Shown here: in pieces, positions 46,626 through 56,398 of the stretch
Numbering within the stretch: the first letter of the stretch is position 1
Layout: each line of letters opens with the position of its first letter
IMG/VR virus record: IMGVR_UViG_3300027974_000020
Coordinates: 105,198 to 169,197 of that record
DNA from: a virus
Length of the DNA stretch: 64,000 bases
Strand: one strand, 5' to 3'
Translations under genes and position numbers: made by a program
Notes under the pieces: model-generated
Seen by the model: the letters and a program-made list of their open reading frames with translations, nothing else
Databases searched by the model: none
Told to the model about the DNA's origin: nothing

Positions 46626-47873
46626 ATGGATTCATTTACTAATAAAGAATATTATCAAAAAATACTTCAGTATTTTTATTCTAAAAAAACTGCTCAATAT
46701 CAATTAATCCCATCGGAAAAAATAAACACAAAGGTATGTCAATTAAGTGTTTCTTTGCCCGATATTCCACCGTTTACATATGGTGTCATGCTTAACGGCA
46801 GAGAGAATTTATCAGATAACCACATTGTTATTTGGGATGTTTTTAATACTGGTGAGTTTTATGTCAGCGATGGAGTTTACAATGCTGTAACTTACTTTAA
46901 GGGATTATTTCCTGTATTTTATATTCATAATCTTAGTGATCAAAATACTGGTGTTTTTAATCCAAGTTTAGGAAATTCTTCTGCTGATTCACCAATTGCT
47001 CAAAATATAGGAGAAAAAACTTTTATATATTATAGATATAAAGATAATAATTATGATGGTTGGGCTTTTACCTGGACTTCATTGTTCAGTAATGAACCAA
47101 TAGATCCTACAGATTTTTCAGATAGTGATGAAAACAATTCTCAACTTGAAATTCCATTTGAAGTTGATAGCAATATAGACGTTAACAATGTCAGCAACGA
47201 TATCTTAGCTAATCTTTTCTCTGCGCTTTCAACTAACCAAAGTGCTTCTATGACAAATGAAAAGATTACTAAATTAATTAAAACTATCAAAATTGGCAAA
47301 CAAGCTAAAAATCTTTTGTCTCAAATAGATGAACTTTCTTCTGATTCTAAGAGTTCATCTTCTTGTATTTGTTCTAATTTTACTTGTGTATCAAAATCTT
47401 CTTCTATAAATATAGTTTCAAAAGATCATGCTTTTGCTAATGCACCAGAGGGGTTTAGTTATTGTTCACACAAAAATGCAGAAAAGTCCTTTAACGGAAC
47501 TGTTGCAGTTTGTGCTTGGCCCACTGGTAGCCAGCCTAGATGTTCTTTGTATAGTCCAAAAACTGAATTAGTTGAAAGAAGAAATTCTTTAGATACTTTT
47601 GGGAATATTTTATATGATTTTGAAGTTTCATTAAATACATTATCTAATTTTGATAATGTTATTTTTATTAAAAATATGATTAACAATGAAGTTGTTAATA
47701 CAATTACTTACCCAGCCAATGCTAAAAAAGAAGATGTAATAGCTGAATCTATTCGTGTTCTTGAAGAGTTAATTTTAGCTTGGACAGATCTTCCTCAAGA
47801 AAATAAAAATATTATTTTTCCACAAGTTGAGTCTAGACCAAAGAAAGAAAGTTATATACTTTCATTGGCATAA
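46626..47873 (+). CDS. hypothetical protein with Cys cluster
   Basis: 415-aa ORF. Confidence 0.7.
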   Translation: MDSFTNKEYYQKILQYFYSKKTAQYQLIPSEKINTKVCQLSVSLPDIPPFTYGVMLNGRENLSDNHIVIWDVFNTGEFYVSDGVYNAVTYFKGLFPVFYIHNLSDQNTGVFNPSLGNSSADSPIAQNIGEKTFIYYRYKDNNYDGWAFTWTSLFSNEPIDPTDFSDSDENNSQLEIPFEVDSNIDVNNVSNDILANLFSALSTNQSASMTNEKITKLIKTIKIGKQAKNLLSQIDELSSDSKSSSSCICSNFTCVSKSSSINIVSKDHAFANAPEGFSYCSHKNAEKSFNGTVAVCAWPTGSQPRCSLYSPKTELVERRNSLDTFGNILYDFEVSLNTLSNFDNVIFIKNMINNEVVNTITYPANAKKEDVIAESIRVLEELILAWTDLPQENKNIIFPQVESRPKKESYILSLA

Positions 47874-47885
47874 GAAAGGTTTAAT

Positions 47886-49403
47886 ATGATAAATATCTTA
47901 AATTACGATAGTCAGTATACTGAGTTGGTTACTCTTAATTTTACTAAATATTCTGAAGATTATTGTTACGTAAAAGATTCATATTACCATAATACAAGAA
48001 GTATTCTTCCTTCTATTTTTAATCTTTTTATAGATGCTAGTTATCAAGTTCCAACTCGTTATATAGATCACGACAGGTCTATGAAGAGTACAATTGTTAA
48101 TCCGAATAGTTTGTATCCTATTGCTGTTCGGTATGTAACTACAGATAATGTTTACGTAATTGAACGACCTCCTTTTAAGCTATCTGTTGATTTTAAAAAT
48201 TCTCGAGCTGCTCATAATTCTCCAAAAGTAGAACCTGTTGAAATTTGGATTCCTTGGACTGTAATGGTTCTTCCTTGGAATCAAGTAGTTAATGGTGATC
48301 CTAGCAATTTAAGACTCTATTTTAATGATGGTCCAATACAATCCTTAGATGATTGTGTAGTAGCACCTTATCTTCCTAATTCTTATTCAGATGGAAGAAT
48401 ATGCTGGTCTCATTCTTATAATCAGCTCTTAACTCAGCTTAATGTTTCTGAACCAAATACTGTAGATGTTAATTATTTATATTCCTCTATACTTAATGAT
48501 TATTTAATGGGTGGATGGAACACGGATCTAAATTTTCATTATCGTTATCTTCAGTATAGAGATTCTCACACATTTAATGCACAACTTGAATCTAACAATT
48601 ATCCAATGATTTCTTTATTTGTTGATACATTAAAAACAAATTTAGATTTTTCAAATAAAGTTAGGTCAATTCTTGAAAGTAAGTTTGGATTAACTAAACG
48701 CAGAAGTCTTTCTTGTGTTGATGGTTCTATAATAAAAGATAAAAATAATGTTCCTTGTTCTAAAGATATATACCTTAAATTATTTGCTTTTATGTCTGCA
48801 GCGTCTCTTTCTGATACTCTTGCTTTTGTTTCTGAACTAAAAAGTATTTCACATTCTTCAAAAAGTATTTATAATAAAAAAAATACTATTTTAGAAATAT
48901 CTTCCGTTAATCAAAATGCACACAATAATGATGATAGCATTACTTTATTAGCTTCTACATCCCCGATTAGAAGTGCCGCTGTTAATAATTCTATAGACCC
49001 AGAATTGCGAACAATGAATGCTATCGTAGTTTATGCTAAAGATTATACTCCTGAGGAATCTGGATTTGTATCTTATGCTTCAAGAAGAGGTGATAATCTT
49101 GAGGCTATTTTAAGTGCGGATTTTGCATCGGAAAGTGATTTGCATGAGCTTATATATTTGTCAATGTATAAATTATGTAAACATAGATATAGTTATGAAA
49201 CACAAGATGAGCATAAGCCTTTTGTTGTTGTTATAAATGGTAACACTGGGACATTATCCATATATGATACTGACTATTTAGATGTTTTATTTTCTCAAGT
49301 ATCCAGTAGAATAAAAGAATCTATGTCTAAAAACACTCATTTGAAATCTAATATTCGTGTATCAACCTATGTTGAACAGCATCTAAAGGAGCAAAATGCT
49401 TGA
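47886..49403 (+). CDS. prokaryotic E2-like protein
   Basis: IERPP...IPWTV...LYF...PYLPNSYSDGRICW. Confidence 0.68.
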   Translation: MINILNYDSQYTELVTLNFTKYSEDYCYVKDSYYHNTRSILPSIFNLFIDASYQVPTRYIDHDRSMKSTIVNPNSLYPIAVRYVTTDNVYVIERPPFKLSVDFKNSRAAHNSPKVEPVEIWIPWTVMVLPWNQVVNGDPSNLRLYFNDGPIQSLDDCVVAPYLPNSYSDGRICWSHSYNQLLTQLNVSEPNTVDVNYLYSSILNDYLMGGWNTDLNFHYRYLQYRDSHTFNAQLESNNYPMISLFVDTLKTNLDFSNKVRSILESKFGLTKRRSLSCVDGSIIKDKNNVPCSKDIYLKLFAFMSAASLSDTLAFVSELKSISHSSKSIYNKKNTILEISSVNQNAHNNDDSITLLASTSPIRSAAVNNSIDPELRTMNAIVVYAKDYTPEESGFVSYASRRGDNLEAILSADFASESDLHELIYLSMYKLCKHRYSYETQDEHKPFVVVINGNTGTLSIYDTDYLDVLFSQVSSRIKESMSKNTHLKSNIRVSTYVEQHLKEQNA

Positions 49404-50523
49404 TACAATCAGTGTTGTAACTGTTAATTCCCCTTATAATTCAATATATTCTGTTGCTAAAGTTGTTACTCAATATGGCAGTGAGTATGTTTTGAATCAA
49501 GAGCAGACAAGAGATTATTTACTTAATCATTATTCTTTGGGATATACTACTTTTTCTTCTCATTCTAAACCTACTGGCCTTATGCCTCCTGGTGTAAAGG
49601 CTATTTTCCCTAATGTAGTTGTTTTTGAGCGTCCGCCAACTTATCAGAATGTATTCTATATTGCAGATACAGTATCTGAACGAATGTCTGAAGAACAACA
49701 TGTTTATAGAGTTGCTCTTCCTTGGCAGCTTTATGTTGCTGTTTATAATTCTGATTTTTATTTAACTAATGTTTATATGTATTTTATGGATGCGCCTCTT
49801 ACTTCTATACAGCAGAATATTTATGCTCCAAACATTCCCAATTTCTTTGCAAATGGATTATTGTGTAGGCCTAATTTTTCAACAATGGATGAAGTAGAAA
49901 GATATTCAAAAGATGTTTCTGGTATTATTCATTCTACTTTTGATTGGGTTTGGAATAACGGAACCAATCACGATTTAACTGAATCAATGGTTCTACTTCC
50001 AAAATATACTAAAGATCTTTCTACTACAGTAATCGGTGGCTTACCTATATCTGGTCATTATTTTGATAAAAGCTACTGCAATGGTTATAAGCTTTCTGTA
50101 GCACAAGTTAAAACAGCTTTTGCTTCTTGGGAAAAAATTGAAATTAAAGATATTTTAAATTATAAATGGGTTTCTCCATCTACCCAACTTCATGATGTCA
50201 ACAGTGATAATTATATGTCTTCTATTCAAGAGTCTGCTCCTTATTCTGATAATGTTTATAGTTGGTTATCTGACCATTATTCCGATGAAGATGAAGACGA
50301 TATTATTAATAGAATGGATAATGGAGAATATGATATAGCTGAATATATTTCTTATCTTATAGATAATAATTATGTTTCTCCTCCATTTAATAAAAGAGCT
50401 GATTTTTCTTATGAGCAAATGTTAAATGTTATTTTTTCAGAAAACAATACTTTAAGAAGAAAAACAGTAGGTATTTTGTCTGATATTAAAAAAATAACTG
50501 AGATACTTCAACCTGTTTCTTGA
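49396..50523 (+). CDS. prokaryotic E2-like protein
   Basis: GLMPPG...FERPP...LPWQ...MYF...PNIPNFFANGLLC. Confidence 0.68.
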   Translation: MLDTISVVTVNSPYNSIYSVAKVVTQYGSEYVLNQEQTRDYLLNHYSLGYTTFSSHSKPTGLMPPGVKAIFPNVVVFERPPTYQNVFYIADTVSERMSEEQHVYRVALPWQLYVAVYNSDFYLTNVYMYFMDAPLTSIQQNIYAPNIPNFFANGLLCRPNFSTMDEVERYSKDVSGIIHSTFDWVWNNGTNHDLTESMVLLPKYTKDLSTTVIGGLPISGHYFDKSYCNGYKLSVAQVKTAFASWEKIEIKDILNYKWVSPSTQLHDVNSDNYMSSIQESAPYSDNVYSWLSDHYSDEDEDDIINRMDNGEYDIAEYISYLIDNNYVSPPFNKRADFSYEQMLNVIFSENNTLRRKTVGILSDIKKITEILQPVS

Positions 50524-50548
50524 CACATTTTTCTTTTAATGCTACTAT
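50520..50548 (+). promoter_or_regulatory. sigma70/SigA-type promoter with extended -10
   Basis: TTGACA-17 nt (ending TGC)-TACTAT. Confidence 0.75.
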
Positions 50549-50583
50549 ATATAGATATATAAACTTAAATAAAGGTAGATAAA

Positions 50584-50878
50584 ATGGTCAAAAATGCTAT
50601 TACCGAGCCAATATTTAATAGGTCCGAAGTTGCTCAAATTCTTAATGTATCTACTTTAACCGTTTCTAATAGGGAAAAAAATCGGTAAATATCCTCAAGC
50701 TAAAAGAGATTTAAATAATTATAGAGTATATACTCTAAATGATTTATTTAATCTTCAATTAATTACATATAGTCATGTAGATCCCAAGCCTATTATATCT
50801 ATATTGTATGACAAAGGATATCAAAATATAAAAGTCTTGGGTCAAATGATTGATGATATCTTATCAAAGAGGGTGTGA
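50584..50878 (+). pseudogene. MerR-type HTH gene split by a +1 frameshift at an A7 run
   Basis: FNRSEVAQILNVSTLTVSNREK continues as GKYPQAKRDLNNYRVYT only if one A of 50675-50681 is removed. Confidence 0.7.
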
Positions 50879-51123
50879 TGGACAAAGAACGTTCTAATTC
50901 AGAGTCATACAGTTTAGTAGATGAAGTCCCCGAAGAAATATCGACTGATGTTATAACCGACCTTAAATCAGGTATTTATAATTTATTTATATCATTATAC
51001 AGTCACCTCGTAATTGATTTTGGTGTTGACGAAGCAGTCAATCAATCAACTGCTTTTATCGACGACATATCACTAAACTTTAAACAAATAACCAATAAAA
51101 ACACAGAAAGCCAAACAACATGA
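50875..51123 (+). CDS. hypothetical protein
   Basis: Coupled to the flanking genes. Confidence 0.55.
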   Translation: MMDKERSNSESYSLVDEVPEEISTDVITDLKSGIYNLFISLYSHLVIDFGVDEAVNQSTAFIDDISLNFKQITNKNTESQTT

Positions 51124-51563
51124 TAGATCCAAAAAACATAATAAATATTACCGGTGGAGTCGTTGCTGATCCAGAACTAGTAAACGATGGAAAGATTGCT
51201 AACTTTACCCTTGCAGTTGACTACGCTGGTTCAGAAAAAGGCTCTGATAACAATACAGGTTATTTTGATATAGTTTACTACCTCAAAGATGGAAGTGCTT
51301 TTGCTAGCAAAAATGCATCTTTTATTCATAATCAAATTTCTGAGTCTAAAATCAAAAAAGGTGCTAGACTTTCAATTGTTGGTCGCGTAGTCCAGCAACG
51401 TTGGAAACAAGATGACAAAACTAGAACTAAAATAGTTATCATTGCAGAGCACATTGCTTACGCAGTCACGTCAGGTGCAAAGCCAGCAAATGGTTCAACT
51501 ACTTCTTCAGATGCAAAAGAAACAACTTCTGCTTCAGCCGCTTCGGTTCCAGATAGCTTTTAA
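51120..51563 (+). CDS. ssb: single-stranded DNA-binding protein
   Basis: ITG.V.ADPE...FTLAV...KKG..L.IVGR...W OB-fold pattern. Confidence 0.85.
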   Translation: MIDPKNIINITGGVVADPELVNDGKIANFTLAVDYAGSEKGSDNNTGYFDIVYYLKDGSAFASKNASFIHNQISESKIKKGARLSIVGRVVQQRWKQDDKTRTKIVIIAEHIAYAVTSGAKPANGSTTSSDAKETTSASAASVPDSF

Positions 51564-52297
51564 TGGAAGAAGAATTTGACGAAGCGTATTTAGCTTCTTT
51601 AATTGAAGAAGCTTTAGGCGATAAAGGCAATAACCAAATGCATCCGTCTTCTGGCATGCATCTTGGTTTTGCCGAGTCGAATTTGATGTCTTTGGTTTAT
51701 GATAAATTAACTAAGTATTTTCCTGAGTCTAATTTAAATTCTTTTTTTCAAGATTTTAGATCTGATTTAACATCAAGAAAAGTTTCTTTGTCTATCAAAG
51801 AATTGCATACTATAACCAAAAATTGCAAGAAGTGTTCTTTACTTTCGGCTGCAGAGCTTCCAAAATGGAATGTTGTAGATCCTGATGTTTTAATAATATT
51901 AGAATCTCCAAATATACAATCGGATGCTGTAGATCTCTTGGTTAAAAAAATAAAATCAATTGGATTTACGTCTTCACAGATGTGTTTGACCTATGTCAAT
52001 AGGTGTCCAAAATATGGTAAGTATGAAAATAAAGAAATAATTAATTGTTCTCCTTATTTGCATAACGAAATACAATTACTTAATCCCAAAGTCATTGTGC
52101 CAATGGGTTCTTTAGTTACATCTGTTTTATTAAATTCAGACATAAAAATTAAGGACTATCGTGGTAATTTAGTTTGGCTAGGACATTGGCCTATAGTACC
52201 AACGTATTCTCCTTCATATGCTTTGCGCTCTGGTTCAACCGCGCTGCAGAGTTTTGAAAATGATTTATCTTATGTTTATAAATTTATAAATACATGA
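51563..52297 (+). CDS. uracil-DNA glycosylase family 4-like protein
   Basis: CKKC, ESP, TYVNRCP, C.PYL..EI.LLNPKVIV.MG and TYSPS (catalytic His replaced by Ser). Confidence 0.78.
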   Translation: MEEEFDEAYLASLIEEALGDKGNNQMHPSSGMHLGFAESNLMSLVYDKLTKYFPESNLNSFFQDFRSDLTSRKVSLSIKELHTITKNCKKCSLLSAAELPKWNVVDPDVLIILESPNIQSDAVDLLVKKIKSIGFTSSQMCLTYVNRCPKYGKYENKEIINCSPYLHNEIQLLNPKVIVPMGSLVTSVLLNSDIKIKDYRGNLVWLGHWPIVPTYSPSYALRSGSTALQSFENDLSYVYKFINT

Positions 52298-52307
52298 CAG
52301 GAAAAAT

Positions 52308-52682
52308 ATGACATTACATACTATCTACAATAGAAATGAATTATCTGCATTTGAAGCTTTAGTCACTAAAGATGTTAAATCTCAAATATCTGATTCAGAG
52401 ATGGATACACTTGTTCTAAACATTGATAAGTGGTTATATTGTTTATATGTAATGAAGAGAGATGTGGAATATTATCTTTCTTCTAGAGTTTCTACCAGAA
52501 AAATTTCTACACAACAAATGAAAGATAGATCTGCTCCCCAAGAGGAGCTGACTGTTTTTCTTGCTTCTGAATCTCTTTGGAAAGTTAATACTTTAAAGTT
52601 TTTAAATTCTTTAGAAAAGAAGATTTTGTTTGTTAAATTTTTATCTAAAGAATTATCTAATTCTAAAACATTAGAAGCTTAA
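52308..52682 (+). CDS. hypothetical protein
   Basis: AGGA SD; operonic. Confidence 0.6.
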   Translation: MTLHTIYNRNELSAFEALVTKDVKSQISDSEMDTLVLNIDKWLYCLYVMKRDVEYYLSSRVSTRKISTQQMKDRSAPQEELTVFLASESLWKVNTLKFLNSLEKKILFVKFLSKELSNSKTLEA

Positions 52683-53135
52683 ATGTCAGAATCACTTCTT
52701 CATACTCCAGAACTATTGTTTTCAATAGATTCTACTGTAGATGAAGAATCTTCCTATAATTTAGTTTCTTTGTATAGGTCTACTTTTATTCTAAATAATT
52801 ATTATGATTCAAAAGAATATACTTTAGAACAAATTTTGTATTTATGCACACAATTTGCATTATTTTCTGGTAGAGTAAAAATTGCTTCCAAACAGGATTC
52901 TCCCACTATAGCCTCTAAAATACCTTTAGAGGTTTTTAGATATAAGATGTTAGATGATGGTTCTTGGTATTATGCTAAAACCACACCTAGAAATCATAAA
53001 CCTGGATATATAGTAGAAGGTGCTCTATGGACAAATGGCATGTTCTATTTAACCAGAACTGAAGATACTAAACAGATTTTAGAAGCCACTCTATCCGTTG
53101 ATCAATATACAAAGGATTTACACGGTTACCCATGA
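52683..53135 (+). CDS. hypothetical protein
   Basis: Operonic ORF. Confidence 0.6.
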   Translation: MSESLLHTPELLFSIDSTVDEESSYNLVSLYRSTFILNNYYDSKEYTLEQILYLCTQFALFSGRVKIASKQDSPTIASKIPLEVFRYKMLDDGSWYYAKTTPRNHKPGYIVEGALWTNGMFYLTRTEDTKQILEATLSVDQYTKDLHGYP

Positions 53136-53392
53136 CAATTAAAACAACTTTTTACCGGTCGAGTTCATTTATTACGAATGTCTCTTGGGACGATGATACC
53201 GAAACTTTACTTGTACAGTTTATCAGCGGAACTACTTGGTTATATCATGATGTACCTCAAGATACGTACAACCGTTTAGTTCGTTCTCCTTCTGTCGGAC
53301 AATTTTTTAATAAAAATATTAGAGACAAATATCCAAGCGAAGTAATAAATAGAGCATCTCAGCAGGTGGTGAAAAATGGGGAAGAAAAATAA
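53132..53392 (+). CDS. KTSC-domain protein
   Basis: SSFI..V.WD...L.V.F.SG..W.Y.DVP...Y..L..SPSVGQFFN..IR. Confidence 0.88.
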   Translation: MTIKTTFYRSSSFITNVSWDDDTETLLVQFISGTTWLYHDVPQDTYNRLVRSPSVGQFFNKNIRDKYPSEVINRASQQVVKNGEEK

Positions 53393-53576
53393 AAATAAAC
53401 GTTTTAAAAACTATGGTTATAATTATAGAAACCAGCATTTCTATGAGAATTTTTCCACAAATACCACTGGTTATATCGCTAAATCAGACCAAATAAATAA
53501 AATTGCTTTAGAAGTTTTTGGTTCTTTACATTTTCAAGTCACTGCAGAAGACTAGAATATCTGCTATAATGTTATT

Positions 53577-54185
53577 ATGACTACCATAGTTGCCCTCCAA
53601 GGTGACGGCTTTGCTTTAGTTTCTTGTGATTCCCGTATATCAGATGTAGACAGTAGCGGTTATATTTCACAAGTTAGCACCTTAAAAGAAGGTACTGCAA
53701 AGGTTGCTTTAAACGGCAAATATCTTTTGGGTGCTGCTGGCGATCTTAGGGCAATAAACATTCTTCATCATGCCTTTACTCCTCCTCCACCACCTGCTGG
53801 AATAAAGGGTAAGAAACTCGATCAGTTTTTTACTGTTAAGTTTATTCCTGCACTTCGTGAATGTTTTGAATCTCAAGGCTATGCTACTCCAGACAAAGAC
53901 GAGAAAATGCATATGGCTGAACATGATTCATTATTGATTGTTGCTGTATGCGGGAATATTTATGTTGTTGACGGCGATTATTCTTGGCTATCTGATACAT
54001 CCGGAGTCTATGCTCTTGGTAGTGGTTCTTCTTATGCTCTTGGAGCATTAACCGCGTTAATGCCAAAGACTGCACTAACGGTGCAAACAGCAAAAAAAAC
54101 CGCACTTAAAGCAATGAGTATAGCTTCTAGATTTGACCCTCACACTGGATCTCCATTTCATACTTTTGTTCAGGAAAATCAATAG
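53577..54185 (+). CDS. proteasome-beta / HslV-like Ntn threonine protease
   Basis: M-TTIVA start (Thr1), DSR, K, AG, GSGSSYALG and D..TG motifs; TGCTATAAT extended -10 close upstream (possibly near-leaderless). Confidence 0.85.
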   Translation: MTTIVALQGDGFALVSCDSRISDVDSSGYISQVSTLKEGTAKVALNGKYLLGAAGDLRAINILHHAFTPPPPPAGIKGKKLDQFFTVKFIPALRECFESQGYATPDKDEKMHMAEHDSLLIVAVCGNIYVVDGDYSWLSDTSGVYALGSGSSYALGALTALMPKTALTVQTAKKTALKAMSIASRFDPHTGSPFHTFVQENQ

Positions 54186-54259
54186 CTTATAAATTGTTTA
54201 TAATACGTTTTTATTGATTATTATATTCTTTAACTACATTATTGATTTTAAGGTCTAAC

Positions 54260-54637
54260 ATGAACGAAACTTTAGTTTGCACAGTGTGTGACAAGAAATG
54301 GCAAAGATTACGTGCCCGTGGCAGAAAACCAATTGTTTGCCCTGCATGCGTTGTCCAAGAAGCTTCTGACAATAAAGAACTTCTTACTACCCCTAAAGTT
54401 GAAACTCATAATAATGATTTAACTTCTGATGTAAAAAGCATTCTTTGTAACGTATATAGTGCTTATTATCCGAAAGATATTAATGTTTACAAAATAACAG
54501 AATCTAAACCCAAGGTAAAATGGGTTTGTGTTCATTGTAATTTTGAAATGGTTAGTGTTATACCATTAACTGCTGTGCCTTTGCACAAGTGTTCCAAAAA
54601 CACCTCTTCTCTTACTGAACTATCCTTAGCTAAGTAA
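54260..54637 (+). CDS. zinc-binding protein
   Basis: CTVC...RGRKP..CPAC...CVHC. Confidence 0.65.
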   Translation: MNETLVCTVCDKKWQRLRARGRKPIVCPACVVQEASDNKELLTTPKVETHNNDLTSDVKSILCNVYSAYYPKDINVYKITESKPKVKWVCVHCNFEMVSVIPLTAVPLHKCSKNTSSLTELSLAK

Positions 54638-54935
54638 GTTATATATTATATTAATATATCACTCATTTCATAGCTCAAAAGGATTATATGGAGACTCAAG
54701 AACAAATTAATACACCATTAGATAAGATAAAATATTTTTTATTAAATTTAATTAAAAAGTTATCTGATTTTAAAGTTTTTGTTAGAATAACTGAACTTAT
54801 ATTATCTTTATTATTTACTTTTATTTATGGCAGGAAACCTATAGTATCCTGGTAATCCAGAATATTGGATTTTATCTAATTTTATAATTTATTATATTTT
54901 TTTTATTTACCTATTTACCACAACAGGAGTTTGTC

Positions 54936-55286
54936 ATGTCTACCGCAGCCGTTTCTACTGAAACACAAGTTCATTTAGTCCCAAAAAGGTTTGCAATTGC
55001 TGAACCATCAAAACTTCTCACCTTTCTCAAGGGAGAACCACCAGTAAACGCAGGCAAAGGCCGCAGGCGCAATCCAGTTATCACCCAGATCTACAACTCA
55101 CTTATCGAGAACCGTAATGTATGGGCACACATCAACATACCAATTACAAGCAAAGAGCAGCTTGCATCGCTTCGTGCAGCACTGTACTCAAGAGCAGAAA
55201 AAGATAATTTAACAACTCAGACTTCATCATTGTTTAACGATCAAACAAAAATGTATGACGTTTGGGTAATGCTCACAAACCGATAA
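54936..55286 (+). CDS. hypothetical basic protein
   Basis: AGGAG SD. Confidence 0.7.
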   Translation: MSTAAVSTETQVHLVPKRFAIAEPSKLLTFLKGEPPVNAGKGRRRNPVITQIYNSLIENRNVWAHINIPITSKEQLASLRAALYSRAEKDNLTTQTSSLFNDQTKMYDVWVMLTNR

Positions 55287-55574
55287 TAAAGTTTTACCGT
55301 AAAAGTTTAAATGCTTTTTATGTTGCAAGCATAAAATAGCTCCTTTCGTTAGACTTTTACGGTAATTAAGTTTTACTATGGGGTTAATCTTATTATTTGT
55401 AAATACTTATTGTACTCATTTGTATTTATGCCTATAAGATTAACCTCATGGTAAGCCAAATTCTTTTTTTTTATTTTAATTCAAAAAGTCTTTTTTTATA
55501 CTAGTTCCTCAAGTCGTAACTTTAATGTGGTATAATAGATGTTTAAAGTCCATAAAACAAAGGATGCATAGAAT

Positions 55575-56384
55575 ATGGAATATACTGAACTTTATCCAAA
55601 AGTAGATGTTTATACCGGGCTCTTGCCTGACGCAGATGAATTATATAGAATAATGAAACAGTCTGAAACTGATGCCGATGGAAGATTCTATTTAAGAAAA
55701 TGGGATCAATGGTCCGTATTCGGAACATATACATTGCCAAAAGACAGTGATCTAGAACCAAGAGAATTTGGACAAAGATGCGATGAAGAAAAATATTTAA
55801 GCGATAGAGTATACGAAGCATATAAATCAGCCATAGATGATTACGTTGCTCGTCATAATATTGAACTTCCAGAAGGATCTCATTTAATGACTTCGTCATT
55901 TTCTAAATACAATGATCAGATTGATTATCTAGACAATGACCTAACCATGCAGTACCATACCGATTTTATAATTTGCGAAAAAGACATGCCTGGAGATAAG
56001 TTCTTTTTGACCTGCACTACATATATTAATGATGATTACGATGGCGGAGATATTTGTTTTTACATAGATGGAAAATTTATTAATCATAAACCAAAAGCTG
56101 GAGATATATTAATATTTCCATCAACCGAACCTTATTACCATGGAGTTAAATCAATTACAAAAGGCAATAAGTTTTTTGTAAGAAATTTTATTGTTTATAA
56201 TTTTAATGGAACTGAAGAATGGTTAAAGAATCAAAGATTCTATGGTGCTCATAGGTGGGGCAAAGTAGAACAAGAAAGAGTTGAGCATGAGATGGCCCGC
56301 AGCATGCTTTACATCGTTGATGGTAAAGTGGTACCCTTCGAAGAAGCAAGACCAGATCCAAGATATAAAAATTTAAAAAAATAA
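55575..56384 (+). CDS. 2OG-Fe(II) oxygenase
   Basis: HTD...YINDDYDGG...YHGV...K; TGGTATAAT upstream. Confidence 0.85.
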   Translation: MEYTELYPKVDVYTGLLPDADELYRIMKQSETDADGRFYLRKWDQWSVFGTYTLPKDSDLEPREFGQRCDEEKYLSDRVYEAYKSAIDDYVARHNIELPEGSHLMTSSFSKYNDQIDYLDNDLTMQYHTDFIICEKDMPGDKFFLTCTTYINDDYDGGDICFYIDGKFINHKPKAGDILIFPSTEPYYHGVKSITKGNKFFVRNFIVYNFNGTEEWLKNQRFYGAHRWGKVEQERVEHEMARSMLYIVDGKVVPFEEARPDPRYKNLKK

Positions 56385-56398
56385 TATCAAACAAAATT

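Noticed and set aside
50672-50681. Programmed -1 frameshift at GGGAAAA
   Set aside because: The heptamer is in the wrong phase, and restoring the MerR gene needs a +1 shift.
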